The notes under the pieces are model-generated. The model saw only the letters and a program-made list of their open reading frames with translations, was not told where the DNA came from and ran no database searches. A stretch of DNA of 64,000 nt, taken from the NCBI GenBank assembly GCA_964617505.1, contig CAZTZB010000001.1, positions 46,977 through 110,976 of the forward strand, given 5' to 3'. Shown here in pieces: positions 56,973-64,000 of this stretch (positions are counted from its first letter, which is position 1; each line of letters begins with the position of its first letter). The stretch comes from an uncultured Peptostreptococcaceae bacterium (GTDB lineage Bacteria; Bacillota; Clostridia; Peptostreptococcales; BM714). The position numbers were made by a program, and so were the translations under genes.

Positions 56973-57875
56973 TTATTCAAAATTTTTTCGTTTTATTAGT
57001 TCACGCATGTCTTCGGGCAGCTCCGACTTTATACATACAATTTCATCCGTTATGGGATGCTTGAAAATATATGATCCTGCGTGAAGAGCCTGTCTCTCGA
57101 TGGACTCATCACATACTCCGTACAAATCATCTCCCATTACAGGATGTCCTATGTATGCCATATGCACCCTAATCTGATGTGTCCTGCCCGTTATTAGCCT
57201 TATGTTCAAGAGACTCGCATTTTCAGATTCCGCTACTACTTCATATACTGTAGTTGAAGGCTTTCCATTCTCCATAACCTCTCTTCTTATATTCTTTATA
57301 TCCGGCTTTCCAATTGGATACTCCAAGCATTTTGATTTTTCATCCAATATTCCCCAAACAATAGCCTGATAATTTTTCTGTACTTCCCCTCTACTCATTT
57401 GAACAGCAATTTGATCATGTATGTATGAATTTTTCGCTATCAAAATCACTCCAGATGTATCCCTATCCAATCGGTTTACATGCCTAACAATATAATCTTC
57501 ACCTTTCTCTTTCATATATGCGGATATCCCATTTGACAATGTATCTGTTTGTTCCTCTTTTATTGCATGAACCAATAATCCGGCAGGCTTTTCAACTGCC
57601 ATAAGCCATTTATCTTCATATAAAACTTTAATTTTTATATCCTCATTTGGAATATCCTCACATACTTCAATAGGAAAGAATATCTCAATAAGATCTCCAA
57701 GCTCAACTCTGGTATATACTGATTTATTTTCTCCATTAATCTCGATTGTTTTGCTTTTTTTTAGCTTTCTTACAAATCTGCCCGACATTCCGAATTCTTT
57801 ATACAATATCTCAATTATTTTCTTATTATTGTATTTATCATTAACCTTCATTTTTAAATCGGCATCTCTTTTCAT
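56973..57875 (-). CDS. RluA-family 23S rRNA pseudouridine synthase (RluD-like, S4 domain + catalytic domain)
   Basis: 300 aa. HRLDRDTSGVILIAK catalytic Asp motif and GRTHQIRVHMAYIGHPVMGD. Confidence 0.88.
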   Translation of the reverse strand: MKRDADLKMKVNDKYNNKKIIEILYKEFGMSGRFVRKLKKSKTIEINGENKSVYTRVELGDLIEIFFPIEVCEDIPNEDIKIKVLYEDKWLMAVEKPAGLLVHAIKEEQTDTLSNGISAYMKEKGEDYIVRHVNRLDRDTSGVILIAKNSYIHDQIAVQMSRGEVQKNYQAIVWGILDEKSKCLEYPIGKPDIKNIRREVMENGKPSTTVYEVVAESENASLLNIRLITGRTHQIRVHMAYIGHPVMGDDLYGVCDESIERQALHAGSYIFKHPITDEIVCIKSELPEDMRELIKRKNFE

Positions 57876-57957
57876 TTAATATTACCGCCTTTCAAAATAA
57901 TCTCTTTTGTTATATAGTAATGTTAGTAAAAATTAAATGGTAGAGGAGTTCATACCT

Positions 57958-58761
57958 ATGAAGAAAAGACTCATAAGCATCATAACCAACACAAATGAAC
58001 AGTCCTTGGATGCCAAAAAAAATCTTGTCCAAGTACTTCTTCACCACAATTTTAAAGTAAAAACAGATTTCGATCCTGAAGCCGAGCTTTTGATTACAAT
58101 TGGCGGAGATGGTTCTTTCCTAAGAACTATACATAAGTATGATTTTCCACAAATGCCGGTTATAGGCATCAATACTGGTCATTTGGGATTTTTTCAAGAA
58201 TTGCTTCCTAAAAACATCGAAGAATTCGTAGGCAAATATGAAAGAAATGAGTATATTGTCAACGAAATAAAACATATCGAAGCAGAAATCTGTACAAATT
58301 CCGATTGTATGCATGTCATAGGAATTAATGAAATAGTCATAAAGGGCGACAAATCGGCGACAATACACTTGCGCATAACTTTAGACAACGATGTGCTCGA
58401 AAATTTCAGTGGAGACGGCATATTGATTTCCACAACGGCAGGAAGCACAGCCTACAACTACTCGCTTGGCGGAAGTATCGTTCACCCAAATATAAACATA
58501 CTTCAAATAACACCTGTTTCTCCCATTAATACAACCGCATACCGTTCCTTCACATCAAGCGTTATTCTTCCTGAATCTACAATAATCGGTCTGAAACCTG
58601 AATATACATATGAAAATTCAATTTTAATCGTTACCGACGGTATGGAATATAATTATAAGGGAATTGAAAACATAGTAATCCGTTATTCGGAAATCGGCAC
58701 CAAACTACTCCGAATGAACAACTATAATTTTTGGTACAAAGCAAAGGAAAAATTCCTATAA
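57958..58761 (+). CDS. nadK: NAD kinase
   Basis: Start at MKKRLISI (GAGGAG upstream). GGDGSFLR, NEIVI, GDGILISTTAGSTAYNYSLGG. Confidence 0.92.
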   Translation: MKKRLISIITNTNEQSLDAKKNLVQVLLHHNFKVKTDFDPEAELLITIGGDGSFLRTIHKYDFPQMPVIGINTGHLGFFQELLPKNIEEFVGKYERNEYIVNEIKHIEAEICTNSDCMHVIGINEIVIKGDKSATIHLRITLDNDVLENFSGDGILISTTAGSTAYNYSLGGSIVHPNINILQITPVSPINTTAYRSFTSSVILPESTIIGLKPEYTYENSILIVTDGMEYNYKGIENIVIRYSEIGTKLLRMNNYNFWYKAKEKFL

Positions 58762-58791
58762 AAAACTCATCTTTATAGATGAGTTTTTTTA
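58762..58791. terminator. Bidirectional terminator between nadK and the 184-aa gene
   Basis: AACTCATCT-TTAT-AGATGAGTT flanked by A5 and T7. Abuts both stop codons. Confidence 0.75.
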
Positions 58792-59343
58792 TGTCTCATA
58801 TTCAAGAGCAAGATAAGTACCAGTAGCTTTTTCCTTTACGAGAATGAATTGTTCAAAGGTCTTTTCACAAAATCTTATTATGGTTTTTTCCTCAACGTTC
58901 TCCTTGTTGAAATCAATTACATTCACATTCGTTTCACGCCATCCCATTTGCAATAATTTGGAAAGAGATTTTGTAGTCATCATATCAATTGGCAGGGATC
59001 CAAATACATTCCCTTTTACATCCTCGTGTTCTTTCCAAAAATTATTATGAGTTATTAATGCATCTGCTTCCTTGAGTTGCATTGTTCTTTCCAAGGAAAA
59101 TTTCTCAAGATAATCTCCTTTGAAATAGTCTTTCCTCAATATAGGCTTGTAGATAAAAGGAAGCTTGTTTATTCTTTTATAAGAGATTGTAACCTCCGGT
59201 ATTTCTGCCGTCCCGTCTTCAATCTCATCGCATATAAATCTGATTCGATTTAGTACATTTTTTATTTGATCCAAATCCTTTATATAACCAGCCCTCTCGA
59301 GCTCTAAAATTTCTTTTTTTAATTCATATATGGCAGGTTGCAT
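58789..59343 (-). CDS. Hypothetical protein, 184 aa, no recognisable domain
   Basis: Start moved to MQPAIYEL (AGGAGG 5 nt upstream). No TM or signal sequence. I recognise no motif. Confidence 0.5.
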   Translation of the reverse strand: MQPAIYELKKEILELERAGYIKDLDQIKNVLNRIRFICDEIEDGTAEIPEVTISYKRINKLPFIYKPILRKDYFKGDYLEKFSLERTMQLKEADALITHNNFWKEHEDVKGNVFGSLPIDMMTTKSLSKLLQMGWRETNVNVIDFNKENVEEKTIIRFCEKTFEQFILVKEKATGTYLALEYET

Positions 59344-59427
59344 GGCGACCTCCTGTGTCAATTTCAAAACTCTCTCAACATAATATCACATAAATCCATA
59401 AATTGACACCTGGTTAATCTCGATATA

Positions 59428-60474
59428 TCACTTTGTCAATTCTTCAATAACCTTCATGAAAACATCCAAATCTTCTCTGCTAACATCCTTGTTTGTTACA
59501 AATCGATATTCTCCTTTTTCCTCGCCATTTATTATGATTCCGTTCTTTTTCATTTCCTTTACAAGCTTTTCCCCTTTTATCAAAGCATTTGGTATTTTGC
59601 AGTAAACCATATTAATATCATTTCTATCATGCTTAACTTCAATTCCTAAAATAGCATCTAACTTTGCGGCTAGAATTTTCGCATTATCATGGTCCTCCTG
59701 CAACCGATCAACCATTTCAACCAATGCCAATATTCCCGGTGCCGCAATCACACCTACCTGCCGCATGCCTCCACCCATCAGCTTTCTATACTTTCTGGCT
59801 CTTTTAACAAATTCCTTGTCACCGGCCAGCATCGAGCCTATTGGAGCCCCCAGGCCTTTCGATAGGCAAAACATCACGCTGTCTGCATATTTTGTAATAT
59901 CCTTTACATTTATCCCAAGAGAAACTGCTGCATTCAAAACGCGTGCACCATCCATATGTATTGGAATTTTATTTTGTTTCGCCAATTTACGTATGCCTTC
60001 ATACTTTTCGGGAGAAATAGCCATACCGTTAGAATGAGCATTTTCGATGCATATCAAGCCCGTATCCGGATAATGTATATTGTCTTCTCTTATTGCCTCT
60101 TTCACAGCGTCAGTGGACATGTAACCCTTCTCATCATCAACTAACCTAAGCTGAACCCCTGCTATGACAGCCGCTGCTCCAACCTCATGCTGAAATATAT
60201 GGCTACCTTTGCCCAAAATTACTTCATCGCCTCTTTTTGTATGAGTCAGTACCGCCAATTGATTTCCGAATGTTCCACTTGGCACAAAAATAGAATCTTC
60301 TTTCCCAACAATTTTAGCAGCTAATCGCTCTAATTCATTTACCGTAGGGTCGTCTCCATAAACATCGTCCCCAACAATTGCTTTTTCCATTGCAATTCTC
60401 ATTCTTTCTGTCGGTTTCGTAACCGTATCACTTCTTAAATCTATCATTTGCGCCTCCTCTAGATATTTATTCAT
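59428..60474 (-). CDS. ltaE: Low-specificity L-threonine aldolase
   Basis: 348 aa. DLRSDTVTKPT N-terminus and PLP-fold pattern (FCLSKGLGAPIGS). Confidence 0.85.
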   Translation of the reverse strand: MNKYLEEAQMIDLRSDTVTKPTERMRIAMEKAIVGDDVYGDDPTVNELERLAAKIVGKEDSIFVPSGTFGNQLAVLTHTKRGDEVILGKGSHIFQHEVGAAAVIAGVQLRLVDDEKGYMSTDAVKEAIREDNIHYPDTGLICIENAHSNGMAISPEKYEGIRKLAKQNKIPIHMDGARVLNAAVSLGINVKDITKYADSVMFCLSKGLGAPIGSMLAGDKEFVKRARKYRKLMGGGMRQVGVIAAPGILALVEMVDRLQEDHDNAKILAAKLDAILGIEVKHDRNDINMVYCKIPNALIKGEKLVKEMKKNGIIINGEEKGEYRFVTNKDVSREDLDVFMKVIEELTK

Positions 60475-60727
60475 AAGTAAATCTTAAACGAAATAACCGA
60501 ATTGTTCAAGTTGCATTATTACGAACCATATTTTTATTTCAAGCAATTATTGTACGTTATATAACAAACAATTATTTGATGTGAAAAATTTTAAATATTT
60601 TTTTAAATACATCTCCACCGTTGATTTTACTGGTTATCAAGGGTTTTACCTAATAATTTAATCTTTACATTAATATTTATTATGCTATAATTATTCAATA
60701 TTAAATATTTTATGAAGAGGTGATCCT

Positions 60728-62650
60728 ATGGTATCAAAAATTTATAACGAGCTTCTCTATTTTATTGACCCAGAAACATATGATGATCAAGGTTTGCTTA
60801 AACTTATGAATGATCATTCAGAAATCAAATTCGTATCTCTTGTCGCAGTAGACTTGGGAAACAACCACACAGATGAAAAAGTTCCTATTGAACTTTTCAA
60901 AGATGATGTGTCCGGTTTCCTTTTAACCGGAGTGCAAACTGATGGTTCAAGCGTTGTTCTTCCTGAAATCGCCGAATTGAGCAATGCAAAGGTAGATTTG
61001 ATTCCCGACAAGAATGTAAGATGGTTTATCGATTACAATTACGACCTTTTGGACCCAATAAATTCCTTGCCGGTAGGAACGCTTATTATCCCAGCATTCC
61101 TTTGCCATGAAGACAAATTGGTCTGCTCGCGTTCTGTTTTGAAACGATCCGCAGTGCGAATGAAAGAAAGCCTTTTAGAGCTAATTTCAAACAGTAAAAC
61201 ACTTTTGGCTGAATTTGAAATTGAAAGCGCCGATTCAATTGATGAAATAGTTCTCACCACTGCTACTGAATTGGAATTTTGGGTAAAGACTCCAGGTAAA
61301 CAAGCCGATATCGAAAAACTTTCCACATCACAAGTTTTAAAAGAGCAATACTGGAAACGTACCATAGGTCCGGTAAAAACGGCTCTTGAAGAGTCTTTGC
61401 TAAAGCTCAACAAGTATGGCTTCGAGGTTGAAATGGGTCACAAAGAAGTTGGTGGAATCCCTTCCGCAATGGACAGTGAAGGCAATTTCACTTACATCAT
61501 GGAACAGCTGGAAATAGACTGGAAATACAGCTCGGAAATGCAAACTGGCGACAATGAAATGTTCGCGCAGGATATAATAAAAGATACTTTTCTTGAAAAG
61601 AACCTTGATGTAACCTTCCTTGCAAAACCTATCGAAGGTGTTGCAGGAAACGGCAAACACACACACATAGGAATTGCACTAAAACTTAAAACCGGAAAAA
61701 TGATAAATCTGTTCTCTCCCGTTGATCAAAAATCCTCATATATGAGTTCAATAGGATTCGAATCAATCATGGGACTCCTTAAAAATTATGAGGTTGTCAA
61801 CCCGTTCATAAGCAACACAAATGATGCTCTAAGGCGTCTCAAGCCCGGTTTCGAGGCACCTGTCTGCATAGTGACATCTTTGGGACACACGGTAGAATCT
61901 CCTTCCCGTAACAGAACCGTTCTGGCAGGTTTGATAAGGGACATGAGCAATCCTATGGCTACACGATTTGAAGTTAGATCACCAAACCCGACCACCAACA
62001 CTTATGTATCAATTGCTGCAATCTATCAGGCAATGCTCGACGGAATACTTAGTATTCAAAAGTCCGGCATGTCTCTCGATGAAATCGAAAAAGAGCTTTC
62101 AAAAAAACCTGGAGATGATGCTTTCTATCTTGAAAAAGAAAGGGCCTATAGGAGCGAAGAAGACGTATTCGAGGATTACACCGATGAAGAACGGGGTTCA
62201 ATGTTTGGAATACCTCCAGCAACAGTATATGAAAATGTATCAGCTTTTGATTTATACCCCAAGAAAGTCGATATACTTTTAAATGGAAATGTATTTACAA
62301 AAGACATCATCAAATCCCTTAAATCAGCATCAACCAGTCAATGGATTAATGAATTGAAGTCCAGAATACTCGATACAAATGCCGATTTGGTGCGCTCCTA
62401 CAAGAAAATCCACGAAACCGAAAATGCAACGGATTACGATATTGTGAACTGGGAAAAAATTAATCAGCTTCGTCATGATTTAATGAAAAACAAACTTAGC
62501 AAGCAGTCCCTATTCGAGGAGTTAAGATCGGCAATAGAAGAAGAAAATTATGAGGCCGTTTCAAAACTTCAAATCGAAATGCAGAAAAAAATGGCGGAAC
62601 TGGAAAAGTTATATTATGTATACAAACGCAATCTTTTTGGAATAAAGTAA
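60728..62650 (+). CDS. Glutamine synthetase family protein, atypical 640-aa form
   Basis: GS-like motifs (beta-grasp KFVSLVAVDLGN, MGHKEVGG, GNGKHTHIG, RFEVRSPNPTTNTYV) plus a C-terminal helical extension of about 120 aa. AGGTGA SD. Confidence 0.72.
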   Translation: MVSKIYNELLYFIDPETYDDQGLLKLMNDHSEIKFVSLVAVDLGNNHTDEKVPIELFKDDVSGFLLTGVQTDGSSVVLPEIAELSNAKVDLIPDKNVRWFIDYNYDLLDPINSLPVGTLIIPAFLCHEDKLVCSRSVLKRSAVRMKESLLELISNSKTLLAEFEIESADSIDEIVLTTATELEFWVKTPGKQADIEKLSTSQVLKEQYWKRTIGPVKTALEESLLKLNKYGFEVEMGHKEVGGIPSAMDSEGNFTYIMEQLEIDWKYSSEMQTGDNEMFAQDIIKDTFLEKNLDVTFLAKPIEGVAGNGKHTHIGIALKLKTGKMINLFSPVDQKSSYMSSIGFESIMGLLKNYEVVNPFISNTNDALRRLKPGFEAPVCIVTSLGHTVESPSRNRTVLAGLIRDMSNPMATRFEVRSPNPTTNTYVSIAAIYQAMLDGILSIQKSGMSLDEIEKELSKKPGDDAFYLEKERAYRSEEDVFEDYTDEERGSMFGIPPATVYENVSAFDLYPKKVDILLNGNVFTKDIIKSLKSASTSQWINELKSRILDTNADLVRSYKKIHETENATDYDIVNWEKINQLRHDLMKNKLSKQSLFEELRSAIEEENYEAVSKLQIEMQKKMAELEKLYYVYKRNLFGIK

Positions 62651-62676
62651 AGGGCTTATTGCCCATAAATATTTAT

Positions 62677-62720
62677 CCAGAAAAAGAGATGGCCTTGGCC
62701 ATCTCTTTTTCTGGTTTTAG
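62677..62720. terminator. Bidirectional terminator between the GS-like gene and the FMN-dehydrogenase gene
   Basis: About 16-18-bp perfect palindrome CCAGAAAAAGAGATGGCC / GGCCATCTCTTTTTCTGG followed by TTTTAGTTTT. Confidence 0.75.
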
Positions 62721-62722
62721 TT

Positions 62723-63745
62723 TTATTTTACAATTTCAACTTTTTCCATTGTTATTTCTTTAATGCTTTGAGCCCCTGTCATTCTCATGACATCCTCAAG
62801 CTCGGCTCCAATTTTTTCGGTGTAAAGTTTTACACCCTCCTTTTCGCCTCCATAAACCGCAACGCCATAGGGCCTTCCAATCAATACACCGTCAGCTCCC
62901 AAAGCCAGAGCCTTAAATATATCTGTTCCCTTTCTGAACCCTCCGTCAATAAAGATTTTCATTTCCCCTTTACAGGCTTCAACAATACGGGGCAAAACCT
63001 CTATAGTAGATAGAGTATCATCTAAAACCCTACCCCCATGATTTGAGACAATTATTCCAGCAGCCCCTGCAGCTTTTGCTTTTAAAGCCCCTTCGACAGT
63101 CATTACTCCTTTAACGATAAATGGCAAATCAGTGCTCGCAATTATCTTCTTTAAAGATTCAACCGACTGCGGAAATAAAGGCTTGCCCATTTTTGCAAAA
63201 ACAGTGAGTCCTGCAGCATCCACATCCATTGCAATAGCAATCACATTTCTTTCTTCTGCAAGTTTTATCTTTCTTATTACTTCTTGAACGCCCCACGGTT
63301 TTATTGTCGGTATGCCGCATCCCGACACTTCTCCAACCGCATCCAAAGGACCTATATATGATTCTTCAGGAATTCCGTCGCCTGTAAATGCTGCAGTTCC
63401 TGCTTCATAGCATCCTTTCACTACTGCGTCCGAATAGCTTGTATCTGTATGTCCTTCTCCATAATTAACTTTAACTCCGCCTATAGGCGCTGCGAAAAAT
63501 GGATATTTGAATGTTCGTCCAAACATTTCAACACTCGCATCAATTTTCCCCGATTCATAAAGCGTATCCATGTGAATCTTAACATTTTTAAGTTGCTCAA
63601 CATTTCTAATAAATCCGTTTCCAGAACCTTTGCCTCCCATACCCGGCACCTGTCCCCTGCATACAAGGCCGTTGCACTCTAAACAAACCTTGCACTTGCC
63701 AGAAATTTTTTCTCTCGCATTATTTCTTACATCAATATAATCCAT
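62723..63745 (-). CDS. FMN-dependent alpha-hydroxy-acid dehydrogenase/oxidase family protein with an N-terminal Cys cluster
   Basis: 340 aa. SNHGGRVLD, DGGFRKGTDIFKALALGADGVLIGRP. N-terminal CKVCLECNGLVC (CX2CX2CX4C). Confidence 0.75.
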   Translation of the reverse strand: MDYIDVRNNAREKISGKCKVCLECNGLVCRGQVPGMGGKGSGNGFIRNVEQLKNVKIHMDTLYESGKIDASVEMFGRTFKYPFFAAPIGGVKVNYGEGHTDTSYSDAVVKGCYEAGTAAFTGDGIPEESYIGPLDAVGEVSGCGIPTIKPWGVQEVIRKIKLAEERNVIAIAMDVDAAGLTVFAKMGKPLFPQSVESLKKIIASTDLPFIVKGVMTVEGALKAKAAGAAGIIVSNHGGRVLDDTLSTIEVLPRIVEACKGEMKIFIDGGFRKGTDIFKALALGADGVLIGRPYGVAVYGGEKEGVKLYTEKIGAELEDVMRMTGAQSIKEITMEKVEIVK

Positions 63746-63749
63746 TAAA

Positions 63750-64000
63750 TTATATCCTCCCTGTAAATTCTATTTTATATAGATCAGTTCTTCTATGTTT
63801 CAAAAGAGGCAACTCATTCCTGACCTTTTCAATTATATCTTTTTCAATTTCACATATCATCAAAGCTTCTTTATCGTCAAGCTGCTGTTTTACACTTCCC
63901 CATGGATCAACAAAAATCGTATGTCCATAGGCATGATAAGATGCATTCCAATCAACTGCAGGTGAAACCGCAGCAAAATAAACTTGATTATCCAACGCCC
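63750..64000 (-). CDS. Carbon-nitrogen hydrolase (nitrilase superfamily), C-terminal part, truncated by the window edge
   Basis: DNQVYFAAVSP...YGHTIFVDPWG...ICEIEKD...LPLLKHRRTDLY is typical of the C-terminus of CN hydrolases. Stop lies 4 nt before the next gene's start. Confidence 0.7.
   Translation of the reverse strand, partial: ALDNQVYFAAVSPAVDWNASYHAYGHTIFVDPWGSVKQQLDDKEALMICEIEKDIIEKVRNELPLLKHRRTDLYKIEFTGRI

Noticed and set aside
60551-60566. TnrA/GlnR-box-like inverted repeat TGTACGTTATATAACA upstream of the GS-like gene.
   Set aside because: The half-sites resemble TGTNA/TNACA, but the spacer is 6 nt rather than the 7 nt of the consensus. The site is about 160 nt from the start codon and no GlnR/TnrA gene is in view. 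It is recorded only as a possible lead.
1-64000. CRISPR arrays, IS elements, prophage or defence-system genes, toxin-antitoxin pairs.
   Set aside because: No spaced direct repeats, terminal inverted repeats, or transposase, integrase, nuclease or helicase-type accessory ORFs were seen. Apart from the SLT paralogs, the only repeat found is the intragenic 195-bp duplication.

Overview
AT-rich chromosomal segment (G+C visibly low, not computed). It looks like a Firmicutes genome with a Clostridia/Tissierellia-like gene order. That taxon call is inference from CodY, a T-box, the IreB-RuvX-DUF1292 cluster, NifS-NifU-MnmA and local synteny. Bases 1-52.7 kb are one unbroken run of about 55 minus-strand genes, nearly all core housekeeping. 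In map order they are: (polC?)-ispG-rseP-dxr-cdsA-uppS-small ORF-frr-pyrH-tsf-rpsB; codY-topA-dprA-comM-yraN-rnhB-rbgA; rplS-trmD-rimM-KH-rpsP-ffh-ylxM-ftsY-smc; DUF1292-ruvX-AKR/ferredoxin-ireB-alaS (T-box leader); mnmA-iscU-iscS-Rrf2; rarA; glyA-RseC-like-CsoR-like; aspS-hisS; tRNA-Leu(GAG); NAPRTase-like-coaE-polA; ECF sigma/anti-sigma; DUF457 hydrolase; tRNA-Leu(CAA, plus strand); two SLT paralogs; M18 aminopeptidase; DUF896; YgiQ. The 52.7-64 kb stretch has mixed orientation: M23 peptidase, LytS/LytTR, RluA-family synthase, NAD kinase, a 184-aa unknown, threonine aldolase, a 640-aa glutamine-synthetase-like protein, an FMN-dependent dehydrogenase and a partial CN-hydrolase. I see no transposase, integrase, CRISPR array, prophage or recognisable defence/toxin genes, and no convincing novel multi-gene system. 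The best leads come from reading the non-ORF sequence. (1) A complete, unannotated 6S-RNA-like transcription unit at 56.73-56.97 kb. (2) A 71-aa ORF call at 39.5-39.7 kb that is better read as a self-contained 44-aa micro-gene with its own consensus promoter, SD, GTG start and terminator. (3) A G7/C7 homopolymer exactly inside the 17-nt spacer of the predicted DUF457-hydrolase promoter. (4) An in-frame 2 x 195-bp tandem duplication in the hydrophobic N-terminus of the M23 peptidase. (5) A 67-aa PASTA-like ORF translationally coupled to frr. Many ORF-track starts were moved to internal starts with better Shine-Dalgarno (SD) context. All homology calls are motif recognition by eye; no searches were run.
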